From a bacterium (lineage in GTDB: Bacteria > Zixibacteria > MSB-5A5 > GN15 > FEB-12), in the NCBI GenBank assembly GCA_043811375.1, contig JBDRNJ010000072.1, positions 167,053 to 231,052 on the forward strand: a stretch of DNA of 64,000 nucleotides, read 5' to 3'. The translations under genes and the position numbers were made by a program. This document shows, in pieces, positions 30,947-41,050 of the stretch (positions are counted from its first letter, which is position 1; every line of letters starts with the position of its first letter). The notes under the pieces were generated by a model. It was not told where the DNA came from. It was given only the letters and a program-made list of their open reading frames with translations, and did no database searches.

Positions 30947-31929
30947 TGAAGGCTACTCAGTATATTGTCAGCGCCGCCATAGCCGCATTCCTGATCCTCT
31001 GCTATTTCTTTGCTCCCAAACCAGTGGAGTTCTCCCCCACCGTGTCTGTGATCGTCATCATATTATTGGCGGTGGCACTGTTTTACATTTTCCTGCGGAC
31101 TTTTGCCGGACACTTTGTCGGTCGGCGGACGGTGTTTATCTTTGTGGGGGTGGCGTTGCTGCTGCCGTTTTTCATGCAGTTTCAACTGCCTCTGCAGATC
31201 AGTCCCGAGGTCCGGTCTGTCTTTGATGCCCTGGAGGAACTGCCGCCCGGCTCAAAGGTTCTGACCGCCTTTGACTTTGACCCGCCCTCCGCTCCGGAGT
31301 TGCAGCCAATGGCCGACGCCTTTATGAAGTATGCTTTCGAACGCCGCCTGAAAATTATCATGATGGGACTGTGGCCCCAGGGACCGGATCAGGCCAATCA
31401 AGCGGTACAGGCCGCGTTTGAATACAACCCGGAATTCCGGGAGACGATCAAATACGGTGAGGATTACGTTAATCTCGGATTCCAGGCTGGTAACGAGTTT
31501 GTTATCCTGCGCATGGGCGAAAGCTTTGCCGCCATGTTTCCCACCGACCTGTATAACACACCGTACGATTCCATCCCGGTACTCAGGAACGTTCGCGGAT
31601 TCGCGGATATTGACTTCGGTATGAACTTTTCGGCCGGTAAACCGGGTACGCAGGAATGGGTGCAGATCGCGGTTGATCGTTACCAGTTGCCGCTGGCCGC
31701 GGCCAACACCGCTGTCCAGGCACCGATGGCCTATCCCTGGCTGAAAGCCGGCCAGTTGGTTGGACTGATGGGCGGTATGGCCGGCGGAGCGGAATTTGAA
31801 AAGTTGACTGGGAAGCAAGACAAAGCGACCACCTTCCTGCTGTCGCAATCTTTCGCGCACATGGTGGTGATTATCTTCATCATCATCGGTAACGCAGCTT
31901 TCCTGCGCGAGAAGAGAAAGAAAAAGTAA
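30943..31929 (+). CDS. Module gene C1: membrane-anchored alpha/beta-domain protein
   Basis: N-terminal TMs; FDFDPPSAPELQPM; YVNLGFQAG; GLMGGMAGGAEFE; C-terminal QSFAH-TM. Confidence 0.9.
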   Translation: MMKATQYIVSAAIAAFLILCYFFAPKPVEFSPTVSVIVIILLAVALFYIFLRTFAGHFVGRRTVFIFVGVALLLPFFMQFQLPLQISPEVRSVFDALEELPPGSKVLTAFDFDPPSAPELQPMADAFMKYAFERRLKIIMMGLWPQGPDQANQAVQAAFEYNPEFRETIKYGEDYVNLGFQAGNEFVILRMGESFAAMFPTDLYNTPYDSIPVLRNVRGFADIDFGMNFSAGKPGTQEWVQIAVDRYQLPLAAANTAVQAPMAYPWLKAGQLVGLMGGMAGGAEFEKLTGKQDKATTFLLSQSFAHMVVIIFIIIGNAAFLREKRKKK

Positions 31930-32565
31930 ATGGGCTTCTGGGATACATTTGGAGTCTGGCTGGCAGCCGCGCTGACTATCGGTATTATCTCTTTTCTGTA
32001 CCGGGACAACGCCTTTTACAAGGTGTGCGAAAGCATCTTTGTCGGGATATCGGCCGGTTACTGGTTTATTACTTACTACTGGGATAACCTGTATAAGAAG
32101 TTCTATGTCCAGGTGACCGACCCTAACAACCCGGAGTGGTACGTGCCGTGGGTCGGCTTTGTTCTGGGAACATTGATGCTGACACGGCTGATCGGCAAGA
32201 TCGGCTGGCTGTCACGCTGGCCGCTGGCGTTTATCGTGGGTGGTGTTGCCGGCCTCTACATGATGACCTATTTCGTATCCAACGCCATGAACCAGGTAGC
32301 AGCTACAATTGTGCCGGTTCTTACCGGCAGCTGGACTGATATAATCGCCAGTTCGATGATAGCCATCGGTACCTTCTGCGGGCTGGTTTATTTCTTCTTC
32401 TCCAAAGCACATACCGGGGTTTTTGGCGGCGCGGCACGAGTGGGTATCTGGTTTTTGATGGTCACTTTCGGAGCGTCGTTCGGCTACACCGTCATGAGCC
32501 GTATGTCGCTGATGCTGGGGAGACTGGACTTCCTGTTCGGAACCTGGCTGGGAATGATCCCATAG
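31930..32565 (+). CDS. Module gene D1: polytopic membrane protein
   Basis: SFLYRDNAFYK...VGISAGY; SRWPLAF; YFFFS; FGASFGYTVMSR. Confidence 0.9.
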   Translation: MGFWDTFGVWLAAALTIGIISFLYRDNAFYKVCESIFVGISAGYWFITYYWDNLYKKFYVQVTDPNNPEWYVPWVGFVLGTLMLTRLIGKIGWLSRWPLAFIVGGVAGLYMMTYFVSNAMNQVAATIVPVLTGSWTDIIASSMIAIGTFCGLVYFFFSKAHTGVFGGAARVGIWFLMVTFGASFGYTVMSRMSLMLGRLDFLFGTWLGMIP

Positions 32566-33827
32566 TGTTGCCGCTCCTGCCGACAGTAGCGCGTTGTAAA
32601 AGTACTCTTTTCATATCGGCTGTTATCACCCTGATCCTGTTGGCGGCAGTTGCATCCGCACAGACAGAGCCCACTGACGGCGACAGCACAAAAATCGAGG
32701 CTGATTCTGTAACTGTTGCAGTGGCTCCTGTCACATCATTGATCGCTTCCGACCACAAGTACGATGCGGGCGAACAAATCGACCTGTCCTGGGTGCCGTC
32801 TATCGATGACCGACTGGTCGACGGCAAGGTAACCGGTTACTCCGTCTTCCGGATAATTGAGGGTGGTGAACCGGAAATTATCGCAGAACTCGCACCCGGA
32901 AGCAACTCATATAATGACAGGGACCTTGAGTCCGGCACCGAGTACAGCTACTATGTGGTGGCGCTCTCTGAAAGTTCTCTGGCCATGTCGGTGTCGACGG
33001 CACAGATAGCACCGAAGCCGGAGTGGCTGAATCTCTCACGCGGATACCTGTTTCTGATCGCTTTGTTCATCTCGGCCGCGGTGATATACTTTGTAGAAAG
33101 CGCCAAGAGAGGCAAGAAGTTGTTTGTACGCCGAATAGCCGGTCTGGAGGCGATTGACGATGCCGTCGGGCGCGCCACCGAGATGGGCCGACCGGTACTT
33201 TTTATCCCCGGCATTAGCGACATGGATGATGTCCAGACCCTGGCGGCACTGACCATTCTGGGGCGGGTGTCCCGCACTATAGCCGATTACGATACCAAAA
33301 TCTTCATGCCGGTGGCACGGTCACTGGTAATGACAGCCGCTCGCGAAACTATCAAGACATCTTACCAGGCAGCCGGGCATCCCGATGCCTACAGTGACGA
33401 TATGGTCAACTATGTCACCGACGAGCAATTCGGTTATGTAGCGGCCGTGGATGGTCTCATGGTACGTGAGAAACCGGCGACGGTGTTCCTGCTGGGGGCG
33501 TTTTTTGCCGAATCGTTGATCCTGGCCGAGACCGGCAACTCGATTGGCGCCATCCAGATTGCCGGTACTGCTCGACCGGCCCAGTTGCCGTTCTTTATTG
33601 CCGCCTGCGACTTTACCCTGATCGGCGAAGAACTGTTTGCGGCTTCGGCCTACCTGTCCGGCGAACCGCGTATGCTGGGTTCCCTCAAAGGTCAGGATGT
33701 GGGTAAAGCAATTGCCGTGGCGGCTATCTTTTTGGGCGTCCTGACAATCACTATCGCCGAAGCCTGGGATTCAGAATCCATGCAGGCTGTTTACGACTGG
33801 CTGAGCGAGATATTCTCGAGTAACTGA
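32565..33827 (+). CDS. Module gene A2: FnIII-domain membrane protein (DUF6754-like)
   Basis: RRIAGLEAIDDAVGRATEMGR; QLPFFIAACDFTLIGEELFAASAYLS; paralog of A1. Confidence 0.88.
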   Translation: MLPLLPTVARCKSTLFISAVITLILLAAVASAQTEPTDGDSTKIEADSVTVAVAPVTSLIASDHKYDAGEQIDLSWVPSIDDRLVDGKVTGYSVFRIIEGGEPEIIAELAPGSNSYNDRDLESGTEYSYYVVALSESSLAMSVSTAQIAPKPEWLNLSRGYLFLIALFISAAVIYFVESAKRGKKLFVRRIAGLEAIDDAVGRATEMGRPVLFIPGISDMDDVQTLAALTILGRVSRTIADYDTKIFMPVARSLVMTAARETIKTSYQAAGHPDAYSDDMVNYVTDEQFGYVAAVDGLMVREKPATVFLLGAFFAESLILAETGNSIGAIQIAGTARPAQLPFFIAACDFTLIGEELFAASAYLSGEPRMLGSLKGQDVGKAIAVAAIFLGVLTITIAEAWDSESMQAVYDWLSEIFSSN

Positions 33828-33835
33828 GTAGACTG

Positions 33836-34513
33836 ATGAGACGATTGATACCACTTTGGATAACGTTTATTGTCGGCACGGTGCTGATCATCTCGGTGTT
33901 TATCCCCCCCTTCCAGGATATGGAACGGACATTCACTCTGTTCTTCGATATTATAGCCGTATTTGCCTTTTTCTTAGGCGGCGGCAATCTGTTGCGCGTC
34001 CACATCAATAAGTTACAGCAACGCAAGAAAGACTGGGGCTTCTCTATTGTCACCGTCGCCGGCTTCCTGACCATGCTCACCGTCGGTTTGCTCAAGCTGG
34101 GCAACCCGGGTGACATATCCACCGCCGTCGACACGCCGGGTTCACTGTTTTATGGCATATTCGACACGGTGCTGGTGCCGCTGCAATCGACCATGTATTC
34201 GCTGCTGGCGTTTTTCGTCGCTTCGGCGTCCTACCGCGCTTTCCGCGCCAAGAACCGGGAAGCCACCATGCTGCTGATCGCGGCGTTCATCATTTTGCTC
34301 GGCCGAACACCCTTTGGCGCTATGTTGACCGCCTGGGTACCGGACTCCTTCTCGCTGGCTCAGATTCCCAACCTGGCCATCTGGATTATGAATTCCCCCA
34401 ACTTAGCCGGACAGCGGGCTATCATTATCGGTATCGGGTTAGGTGTGATCTCGATGTCGCTGCGGTTGATCCTGGGCATCGAGCGCTCTTATCTGGGGGA
34501 AGATCGTGGTTAA
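33836..34513 (+). CDS. Module gene B2: polytopic membrane protein
   Basis: TMYSLLAFFVASASYRAFRAKN; paralog of B1. Confidence 0.9.
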   Translation: MRRLIPLWITFIVGTVLIISVFIPPFQDMERTFTLFFDIIAVFAFFLGGGNLLRVHINKLQQRKKDWGFSIVTVAGFLTMLTVGLLKLGNPGDISTAVDTPGSLFYGIFDTVLVPLQSTMYSLLAFFVASASYRAFRAKNREATMLLIAAFIILLGRTPFGAMLTAWVPDSFSLAQIPNLAIWIMNSPNLAGQRAIIIGIGLGVISMSLRLILGIERSYLGEDRG

Positions 34514-35420
34514 TATCGGCACCATAGTCTCGCTGATTATCATCTTTGGCGGCCTGTTGTGGCTTTTGGTGCGGTCCGTCAAGGGTAAGGAAGTCGACCG
34601 CCGGATCATCTTTGTCTTCATTTTAGTATCGGTGGCGGCACCGATATTGTTCCCCATCACTTTCGAGGAACATGCCACGCCGGTTGTGAAAGGGTTGTTT
34701 GATCGCATCGAAGACCTGCCGCCTGATTCCTACGTGCTGATATCATTTGATTATGACCCGGCTATGGCGCCGGAAGTGCAGCCGATGGCCAACGCCCTGT
34801 CTCGCCATTGCCTGAATAAGGGACACAAAGTTATCTTCATGTGCCTGTGGGCCACCGGTCAGTCGCTGTTGATGAGTACACTGGAGAACATTATCCTGCC
34901 CGATTTCCCGGAACTGGTCAACGGTGTTGACTATATCAACCTGGGATTCAAAGCGGGCAACGAGGGTGTTCTTAATGTTATCGTATCCGACTTCAAGAAG
35001 ATGTTTCCCACCGACGTCAACGGCGTTCCCCTCGATAGCGTCCCGATATTTAACAGGATAGGCTCCTGTGCCGACCTTGATCTAATTATCGCATTAGGCG
35101 GCGGTCGCCCCGGCCCCAAGGAATGGGTGCTGTTTGTAGGTGATCCGGCCGACGTGCCTATCGGCGTTGGTGTTGCGGCGGTGGTGGCGCCCCAGTTGTA
35201 TCCCTACTATCCGCGGCAGGTTATCGGCATCCTGGGCGGTGTCAAGGGCGCCGCTGAGTATGAATCGGAGTTGAGCCATCGGCATCCCAGGTTTGCCGAC
35301 ATGGACCAACCGGGACTGCGTATGATGGGTCCGCAAACGCTGGCCCATATCGTCATCATGGCGTTTATCGTGATCGGCAACATCACCTTCTTCCGCACCC
35401 GCAGAAAGGATTCTAGCTGA
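34506..35420 (+). CDS. Module gene C2: membrane-anchored alpha/beta-domain protein
   Basis: FDYDPAMAPEVQPM; YINLGFKAG; GGVKGAAEYE; paralog of C1. Confidence 0.9.
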   Translation: MVNIGTIVSLIIIFGGLLWLLVRSVKGKEVDRRIIFVFILVSVAAPILFPITFEEHATPVVKGLFDRIEDLPPDSYVLISFDYDPAMAPEVQPMANALSRHCLNKGHKVIFMCLWATGQSLLMSTLENIILPDFPELVNGVDYINLGFKAGNEGVLNVIVSDFKKMFPTDVNGVPLDSVPIFNRIGSCADLDLIIALGGGRPGPKEWVLFVGDPADVPIGVGVAAVVAPQLYPYYPRQVIGILGGVKGAAEYESELSHRHPRFADMDQPGLRMMGPQTLAHIVIMAFIVIGNITFFRTRRKDSS

Positions 35421-36244
35421 TGCGCCGCTCGACATACATCGCCGTTGGTATTGTCAGCGCCCTGTTTATCATTATCTGGGTGCTGCGGGCCATGTCGCTT
35501 GAGGGCGAGGTCGACAATAACATCTCACGAGCATTCCTAGTGACGGTATCAGCCTTTCTGACCCTGGCGATATTTTCGTTCCTGTATAAAGACAACCCGT
35601 TTTATAAGTTTGCCGAGCACCTCTTTGTGGGGGTTTCGGCTGCCTACTGGATGGTCCAGGGTTTCTGGTCCACGATTGTCGGCAATCTCTTTCCGCGCCT
35701 GTCGGATGGGTTAGCGGGATTCTTCCAGCAGCCTTATCAGCCCAGCAGTTTCAATTTCGTTTTCTGGGTTCCGGTTATTCTGGGCTTGCTGCTGCTGATG
35801 CGGTTGTTGCCAAAGGGCGGCTGGCTGTCCCGCTGGCCGCTGGCCTTCATTGTTGGCACTACCGCCGGATTGAATTTCATCCGCTATTTGCGCTCTGATT
35901 TCATTGTGCAGGTGTCCTCAACATTTGTTCCCCTGCTCGGCCAGGAACCGCACCAGTGGCAGGGTCTTGGTAATTTCCTTTCCAACCTCAACCTGTCGGC
36001 CTCGGGACAACTGGTGGCTATAGTATCCAACTGGATCATATTCGTAGGTGTCATTTGCGGCATTATTTACTTTTTCTTCTCCAAAGAGCACAAGGGCGCC
36101 TTTGGAGCCGCTTCAAGATTAGGTATCTGGATCCTTATGATTACATTCGGCGCTTCTTTCGGATATACCGTTATGGGTCGTATTTCATTGCTGGTGGGGC
36201 GCCTGACGTTTTTGTTTAGAGACTGGTTGGGAGTGATAAGTTAA
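35420..36244 (+). CDS. Module gene D2: polytopic membrane protein
   Basis: SFLYKDNPFYKFAEHLFVG; FGASFGYTVMGR; paralog of D1. Confidence 0.9.
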   Translation: MRRSTYIAVGIVSALFIIIWVLRAMSLEGEVDNNISRAFLVTVSAFLTLAIFSFLYKDNPFYKFAEHLFVGVSAAYWMVQGFWSTIVGNLFPRLSDGLAGFFQQPYQPSSFNFVFWVPVILGLLLLMRLLPKGGWLSRWPLAFIVGTTAGLNFIRYLRSDFIVQVSSTFVPLLGQEPHQWQGLGNFLSNLNLSASGQLVAIVSNWIIFVGVICGIIYFFFSKEHKGAFGAASRLGIWILMITFGASFGYTVMGRISLLVGRLTFLFRDWLGVIS

Positions 36245-36274
36245 ATAATTCCCTGCTTAGAGAGGGAGAACTAT

Positions 36275-37795
36275 ATGATACTTAAGTACTGGATAGCACC
36301 GTTACTGGTGCTGGGTTTGTTCACTGTCGTACCCGCTCAGGAGTCACCCGTCCCCCTTGACTCCGTTCCGGCGGATTCGACACAAGCGGATTCGATCTTC
36401 CCGCCGGCGCCGGTGTCGATGCTGACCGCGGCGGACAGCGACAACGACCACGGGCATTCGATCAAACTGTCGTGGGAGTTATCGGCCGATGACGGCGCCG
36501 GGCAGAACAGCGTGCTGACCTACGAGGTTTTTCGCTGGACGCCGTTTTTCATGGACACGGTGAAGGCAGTGCGGGACGGCTTGACTCAAATGGCAGGCAA
36601 TATCGCCGAGTTGCAAGCTTTTCTGCCACGCGCCGAGAAGCGCTTGAAGCTACATCGAAAAGGTGAAACCGGTGTCGGTTTTGCCGACTCGGTGCAATTC
36701 TATTTAGACACGATTGCCGCCTCTGAGCACTGGCTCCCGATCTATCGGGAACGTCTCGATCAACTGCATGAGGAGCAAGGTCGGGTAATCGATCTCATCC
36801 CACAGGCTCATAAGTCATACCCTGAACAGGGAGAATGGGACAGCATCGGGACGGCAGTCACCGGTCAGACAGATTACGTGGACGTGGGTGTGAAAGAGAG
36901 GGAATCACCCGATTACATGGCCGATCACACCGACTACTACTATCGCGTTGAAGCCGTCACTATCGATCCGTCTGTGCGCACTTCCTCAGAGCCGGTCGGT
37001 CCCGTGCAATGTTACGGCCAGTTCTTCAATACCGGTCGCTGGCCCGTCTTTGTAGCCGTCCTGGTATTCGGTTTCTTGACCATTTTCTTCGTAGCGCGAG
37101 CCAGGAAGGGCGCTGATCTCTACGTCCGTCCCCTGGCCGGAATTGATGCCGTTGATGACGCCATCGGCCGGGCCACCGAAATGGGCAAGCCGATATTGTA
37201 CGTGCTTGGTCTGGGCACCGCCGCGGACATCGGAACTATAGCCTCCTTCACGATTTTGGGGCGCGTGGCCAAAAAGGTTGCTGAATATCAGACCAAGCTT
37301 ATTGTTCCGTGCTACGATCCCATTGTCATGACCGTGGCGCAGGAGACAGTGAAAGCAGCCTATCTCGATGCCGGTCGTCCCGATGACTACGACGAAGATA
37401 TTGTCTACTTTGTCACCCAGTCCCAGTTCGCCTATGTAGCGGCGGTTAACGGCACTATGCTTCGTGAGCTTCCCGCCACCAATATGTACATGGGCGTGTT
37501 CCATGCCGAATCGTTGATCCTGGCCGAGACCGGAGCTCTGGCCGGTTCGATTCAGATTGCCGGGACCGACCAGGTAGCTCAGCTTCCCTTTTTCATTGTC
37601 GCCTGCGACTACACTCTCATTGGAGAGGAACTGTATGCAGCTTCGGCATACCTGGGACGAGAGCCAATCCTCCTGGGGTCGCTGAAAGCTCAGGACTACG
37701 CCAAGGCAGCCGTGATAATCCTGGCTGTGTTGGGGCTGCTTGCCGCCAGTCTGGACTGGATGGCATTCGTCAATCTGTTTAGTGTGACTAGTTAG
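36275..37795 (+). CDS. Module gene A3: FnIII-domain membrane protein (DUF6754-like) with helical insertion
   Basis: RPLAGIDAVDDAIGRATEMGK; QLPFFIVACDYTLIGEELYAASAYL; extra segment of roughly 90-100 aa inside the FnIII-like region; RBS GAGGGAG. Confidence 0.88.
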   Translation: MILKYWIAPLLVLGLFTVVPAQESPVPLDSVPADSTQADSIFPPAPVSMLTAADSDNDHGHSIKLSWELSADDGAGQNSVLTYEVFRWTPFFMDTVKAVRDGLTQMAGNIAELQAFLPRAEKRLKLHRKGETGVGFADSVQFYLDTIAASEHWLPIYRERLDQLHEEQGRVIDLIPQAHKSYPEQGEWDSIGTAVTGQTDYVDVGVKERESPDYMADHTDYYYRVEAVTIDPSVRTSSEPVGPVQCYGQFFNTGRWPVFVAVLVFGFLTIFFVARARKGADLYVRPLAGIDAVDDAIGRATEMGKPILYVLGLGTAADIGTIASFTILGRVAKKVAEYQTKLIVPCYDPIVMTVAQETVKAAYLDAGRPDDYDEDIVYFVTQSQFAYVAAVNGTMLRELPATNMYMGVFHAESLILAETGALAGSIQIAGTDQVAQLPFFIVACDYTLIGEELYAASAYLGREPILLGSLKAQDYAKAAVIILAVLGLLAASLDWMAFVNLFSVTS

Positions 37796-37808
37796 GAGGA
37801 GAGAATAG

Positions 37809-38468
37809 ATGAGAAGGCAAATTCCACTGGCACTCGTTTTCATCTTCGGTATTTTCATGATCTTTCAGTATTTTGTACCCCATGAGAGTTCCGAATGGAT
37901 CTACGAGTTTCTCCTCGACTGGATCTATATCATCGGGATTTTCGCCCTGGCGCTGGGGATATGGTCGTTGATCCGTGTCTCTGTTGTTAAAATAAAAGCC
38001 CGTAAGGACAACTGGTGGTATCCCATTATAACTCTGTCGGGCCTGTTCCTGATGATCTTGTTTGGGTTTACCGGGTACCGGGATGGTTCACTGGGGTTCT
38101 ACTTCATGACCGCCGAAGGGTTGTCCAATCCCATGTTCCGGAATTTCTTTGATTACATCCTGATACCTATTCAGTCCACGATGTTTGCCCTGCTGGCTTT
38201 TTTCATTGCGTCGGCCGCCTACCGGGCGTTCCGAGCCCGTAATATTATGGCATCCCTCCTTTTAGTGGCGGCGCTTATTGTCATGTTGAGATTCAATCCG
38301 TACCTGGGACCCGTCGGAACTGTAATAGCCGATACCGCTTCCTGGCTTTTGAACGTGCCCAACCTGGCGGCCAAAAGGGCGATTGTCATCGGCATCGGTT
38401 TAGGGATGGTAGGCACCGCACTGAAGATCATTCTCGGCATCGAACGCGGTTACATGGGTAAAGGTTGA
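37809..38468 (+). CDS. Module gene B3: polytopic membrane protein
   Basis: TMFALLAFFIASAAYRAFRARN; RBS AGGAGG. Confidence 0.9.
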   Translation: MRRQIPLALVFIFGIFMIFQYFVPHESSEWIYEFLLDWIYIIGIFALALGIWSLIRVSVVKIKARKDNWWYPIITLSGLFLMILFGFTGYRDGSLGFYFMTAEGLSNPMFRNFFDYILIPIQSTMFALLAFFIASAAYRAFRARNIMASLLLVAALIVMLRFNPYLGPVGTVIADTASWLLNVPNLAAKRAIVIGIGLGMVGTALKIILGIERGYMGKG

Positions 38469-38480
38469 GGAGGAACTGGC

Positions 38481-39356
38481 ATGAATATATTTGATAGAAT
38501 GATGTCGTTTGATCGACGGTGGGTGTTTCTGCTTCTTGCGGTAGTCTGTGTGATTACATATATCGTCGACTTCCAGATCCCTATCAGAGTTGAGAATGAG
38601 GTGAGGACAATTCATGAATTCATCGACACTCTCCCGCCGGACGAAATCGTGTTTATCGCCATTGACTACGACCCGAATGCGCTGGCCGAGCTTCATCCCA
38701 TGTGCTACGCCCTGATGGAGCATTGTTTCCGGAAGAATCTCAAGGTGATAATCACGGCCCTGTCGCAAAACGGACCGGGAATGGCGGAACAGGCCATCCT
38801 GAACATTTCCGATTCGCTCAAGCTTGATCACGAATACAATGGGGTATTGTACGAGGGCAGGGAAATCAGGAATGGCATTGACTATGCTTTCCTGGGTTAC
38901 AAACCTTACTTTGCGCTGGTCATACTGGGTATGGGACAGAACTTTCGTCTACCTTTTCCCACCGATTACTACGGCGCCCCGCTCGATTCCCTGCCCATGA
39001 TGCAGGGGGTGCAGAATTATGACCAGGTAGCCTGTGTGGTTGATTTATCGGCCGGCAACATCACTGATGCCTGGATCTCCTATGGCCAGGGGAGATTTTA
39101 TTTCCCGCTGGCGCTGGGTCTGACCGGCGTTATGGGGGCTGATTATTATCCCTATTTGAATTCCAAGCAGATCTTCGGTCTCATGGCCGGTCTCTATGGC
39201 GCCGCTCAATATGAAGAGCTGGCTGACAATCCGGGACTTGCCAAGGATGGGATGCGTATCCAGGTATACGCGCACCTGGTGATAATCTTCTTTATCCTGT
39301 TAGGCAATATTGGCTACTTTGTGAGTCGGCGTGAAAAAAAGCGGCAAGGGAGGTAA
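38481..39356 (+). CDS. Module gene C3: membrane-anchored alpha/beta-domain protein
   Basis: IDYDPNALAELHPM; YAFLGYK; GLYGAAQYE; QVYAH-TM. Confidence 0.9.
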   Translation: MNIFDRMMSFDRRWVFLLLAVVCVITYIVDFQIPIRVENEVRTIHEFIDTLPPDEIVFIAIDYDPNALAELHPMCYALMEHCFRKNLKVIITALSQNGPGMAEQAILNISDSLKLDHEYNGVLYEGREIRNGIDYAFLGYKPYFALVILGMGQNFRLPFPTDYYGAPLDSLPMMQGVQNYDQVACVVDLSAGNITDAWISYGQGRFYFPLALGLTGVMGADYYPYLNSKQIFGLMAGLYGAAQYEELADNPGLAKDGMRIQVYAHLVIIFFILLGNIGYFVSRREKKRQGR

Positions 39357-39362
39357 CCTGAT

Positions 39363-40154
39363 ATGGATTTTAGTACTTTTCTATGGACTACCTTTGGGGC
39401 CTTTTTGACGCTGGCAACGTTCTCGTTCCTATACAAGGACAACCCCTTTTACAAGATCGCCGAACATCTTGTGGTAGGTGTTTCCGCCGGCTACTTTGTC
39501 ATAATTCTATGGCACAACGCCTTGGTTCCCCTCCTGTTTCAGAGGTTATCTGACGGTGACTGGTATTTCCTATGGATAAACTCGTCCAAGCCGTGGTACT
39601 GGATCCCGGCTATCCTGGGAGTCATGATGTGGACCCGGTTCTCTCGCAACTACGCCTGGATTTCCCGCTGGCCGATCGCCCTTTATATTGGCATCGCAGC
39701 CGGTCTTGCTATCCCGTTAGAGATGGCCAACAGAGTCAATAAGCAGCTCTATGCCACTATGGCCGGCATCGTTGACTGGGGAAACTTCTGGGGACATGGT
39801 TTCCTGGATATTACCTCCGGTTACTCGCAGGTGATCATTTTCGCAGGTACCATCGCCGGCCTGTTCTATTTCTTTTTCTCCAAGGCCCACACCGGCGCCT
39901 TTGGCGCTGTAGCGAAATTCGGAATCTGGATTCTGATGATCGGGTTCGGGGCTTCCTTTGGGTATACAGTCATGGGACGAATTTCCCTGTTCATTAACCG
40001 AATTCAAGAGTTGGGTCTCTGGGGTGAGGCGGCCTTCGATGCCTCCAACCCCAACCATAGCAGCCTGTTTATACTGGTATTCTGGTTGATGATGCTGGGG
40101 ATTGCAGTTTATGTCGGGACGGAACTGGTCCGTTTCACACGACGACGTGTATAA
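39363..40154 (+). CDS. Module gene D3: polytopic membrane protein
   Basis: SFLYKDNPFYKIAEHLVVGVSAGY; FGASFGYTVMGR; extra C-terminal TM. Confidence 0.9.
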   Translation: MDFSTFLWTTFGAFLTLATFSFLYKDNPFYKIAEHLVVGVSAGYFVIILWHNALVPLLFQRLSDGDWYFLWINSSKPWYWIPAILGVMMWTRFSRNYAWISRWPIALYIGIAAGLAIPLEMANRVNKQLYATMAGIVDWGNFWGHGFLDITSGYSQVIIFAGTIAGLFYFFFSKAHTGAFGAVAKFGIWILMIGFGASFGYTVMGRISLFINRIQELGLWGEAAFDASNPNHSSLFILVFWLMMLGIAVYVGTELVRFTRRRV

Positions 40155-40696
40155 AGAGTGCTTTTTCGCCTGAATGACGTCTTGGCCGCACTTCCCGCCG
40201 AGACGTCATCACCGGCTGAAAAGGCAGGACAATAGATTTCTTTCTTAACTGACTGAAGAGTGGGTAGCCTTACAAGCAGGGCGCTCCTGCAGGTAGCAGA
40301 GAGAATTAAACAAGTCTCAGGGCGCCGCTGTCTGTCCGGCGAGCATGCCGCGACCGGAACTACAGACTGTTCACACACAACCGGCGGCGTCCTCGGTGTA
40401 TGTCGCGCCTGGTGGATAATCTGTCTTGAAAGATGAGTATCATTAAGTTACGCGAGATGAATCTTTGACGTCTAACCTGCGTATACAGCAATGATTAGAC
40501 AACAGACAAAAACTGAGATTGATAACCTGTTAGTGTCTTGTTTGTTAGACGAATATATTTTGAAAAGATTGAAAAAAGTACTTGACATACAGTAAAGTTT
40601 TCCTATGGTATCTTCTGTAGAGTTAGTTGGTGGTAAAATTGATGGGAAACAGGTTCCCGTAGTCGCCACCAATTCAGGGGAAGAGAGGTAGGAAAG

Positions 40697-41050
40697 ATGG
40701 CCCGACCAAAGAAGACCGCCTCCGCCAAGACGGCTGCCAAGTCGCGCCCGGCATCCAGGGAAAAGGAAAAGGGCAAAAAGAAGGGCAAACTGTCCACGGC
40801 TGAGGCTCGCCGTGAGTATCAACGACGTTACTACCAGATGCACAAGGAGAAGGCCAAGGAGTACCAGCGACGGTACAACCTGACACACAAGAAGAAACTC
40901 CGCAGCGGCCAAGGGCAAACAGGCCAATCCGCTCCCCGGGAAGTCGTTCGATCGACGTTCAACACCACTGACATTATGCATTCACCGGTCGAGAAAACGA
41001 TCCGTATTCTGGAGAAGATCATCAAGGGAGAGCGTTTCTTCACTATGTAA
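40697..41050 (+). CDS. Small very basic hypothetical protein (possible nucleic-acid binder)
   Basis: RBS GAGGTAGGA; Lys-rich N-terminus; duplicated EYQRRY helix. Confidence 0.8.
   Translation: MARPKKTASAKTAAKSRPASREKEKGKKKGKLSTAEARREYQRRYYQMHKEKAKEYQRRYNLTHKKKLRSGQGQTGQSAPREVVRSTFNTTDIMHSPVEKTIRILEKIIKGERFFTM

Noticed and set aside
36986..37858. 290-aa minus-strand ORF
   Set aside because: Antisense to gene A3, whose plus-strand frame is supported by two paralogs.
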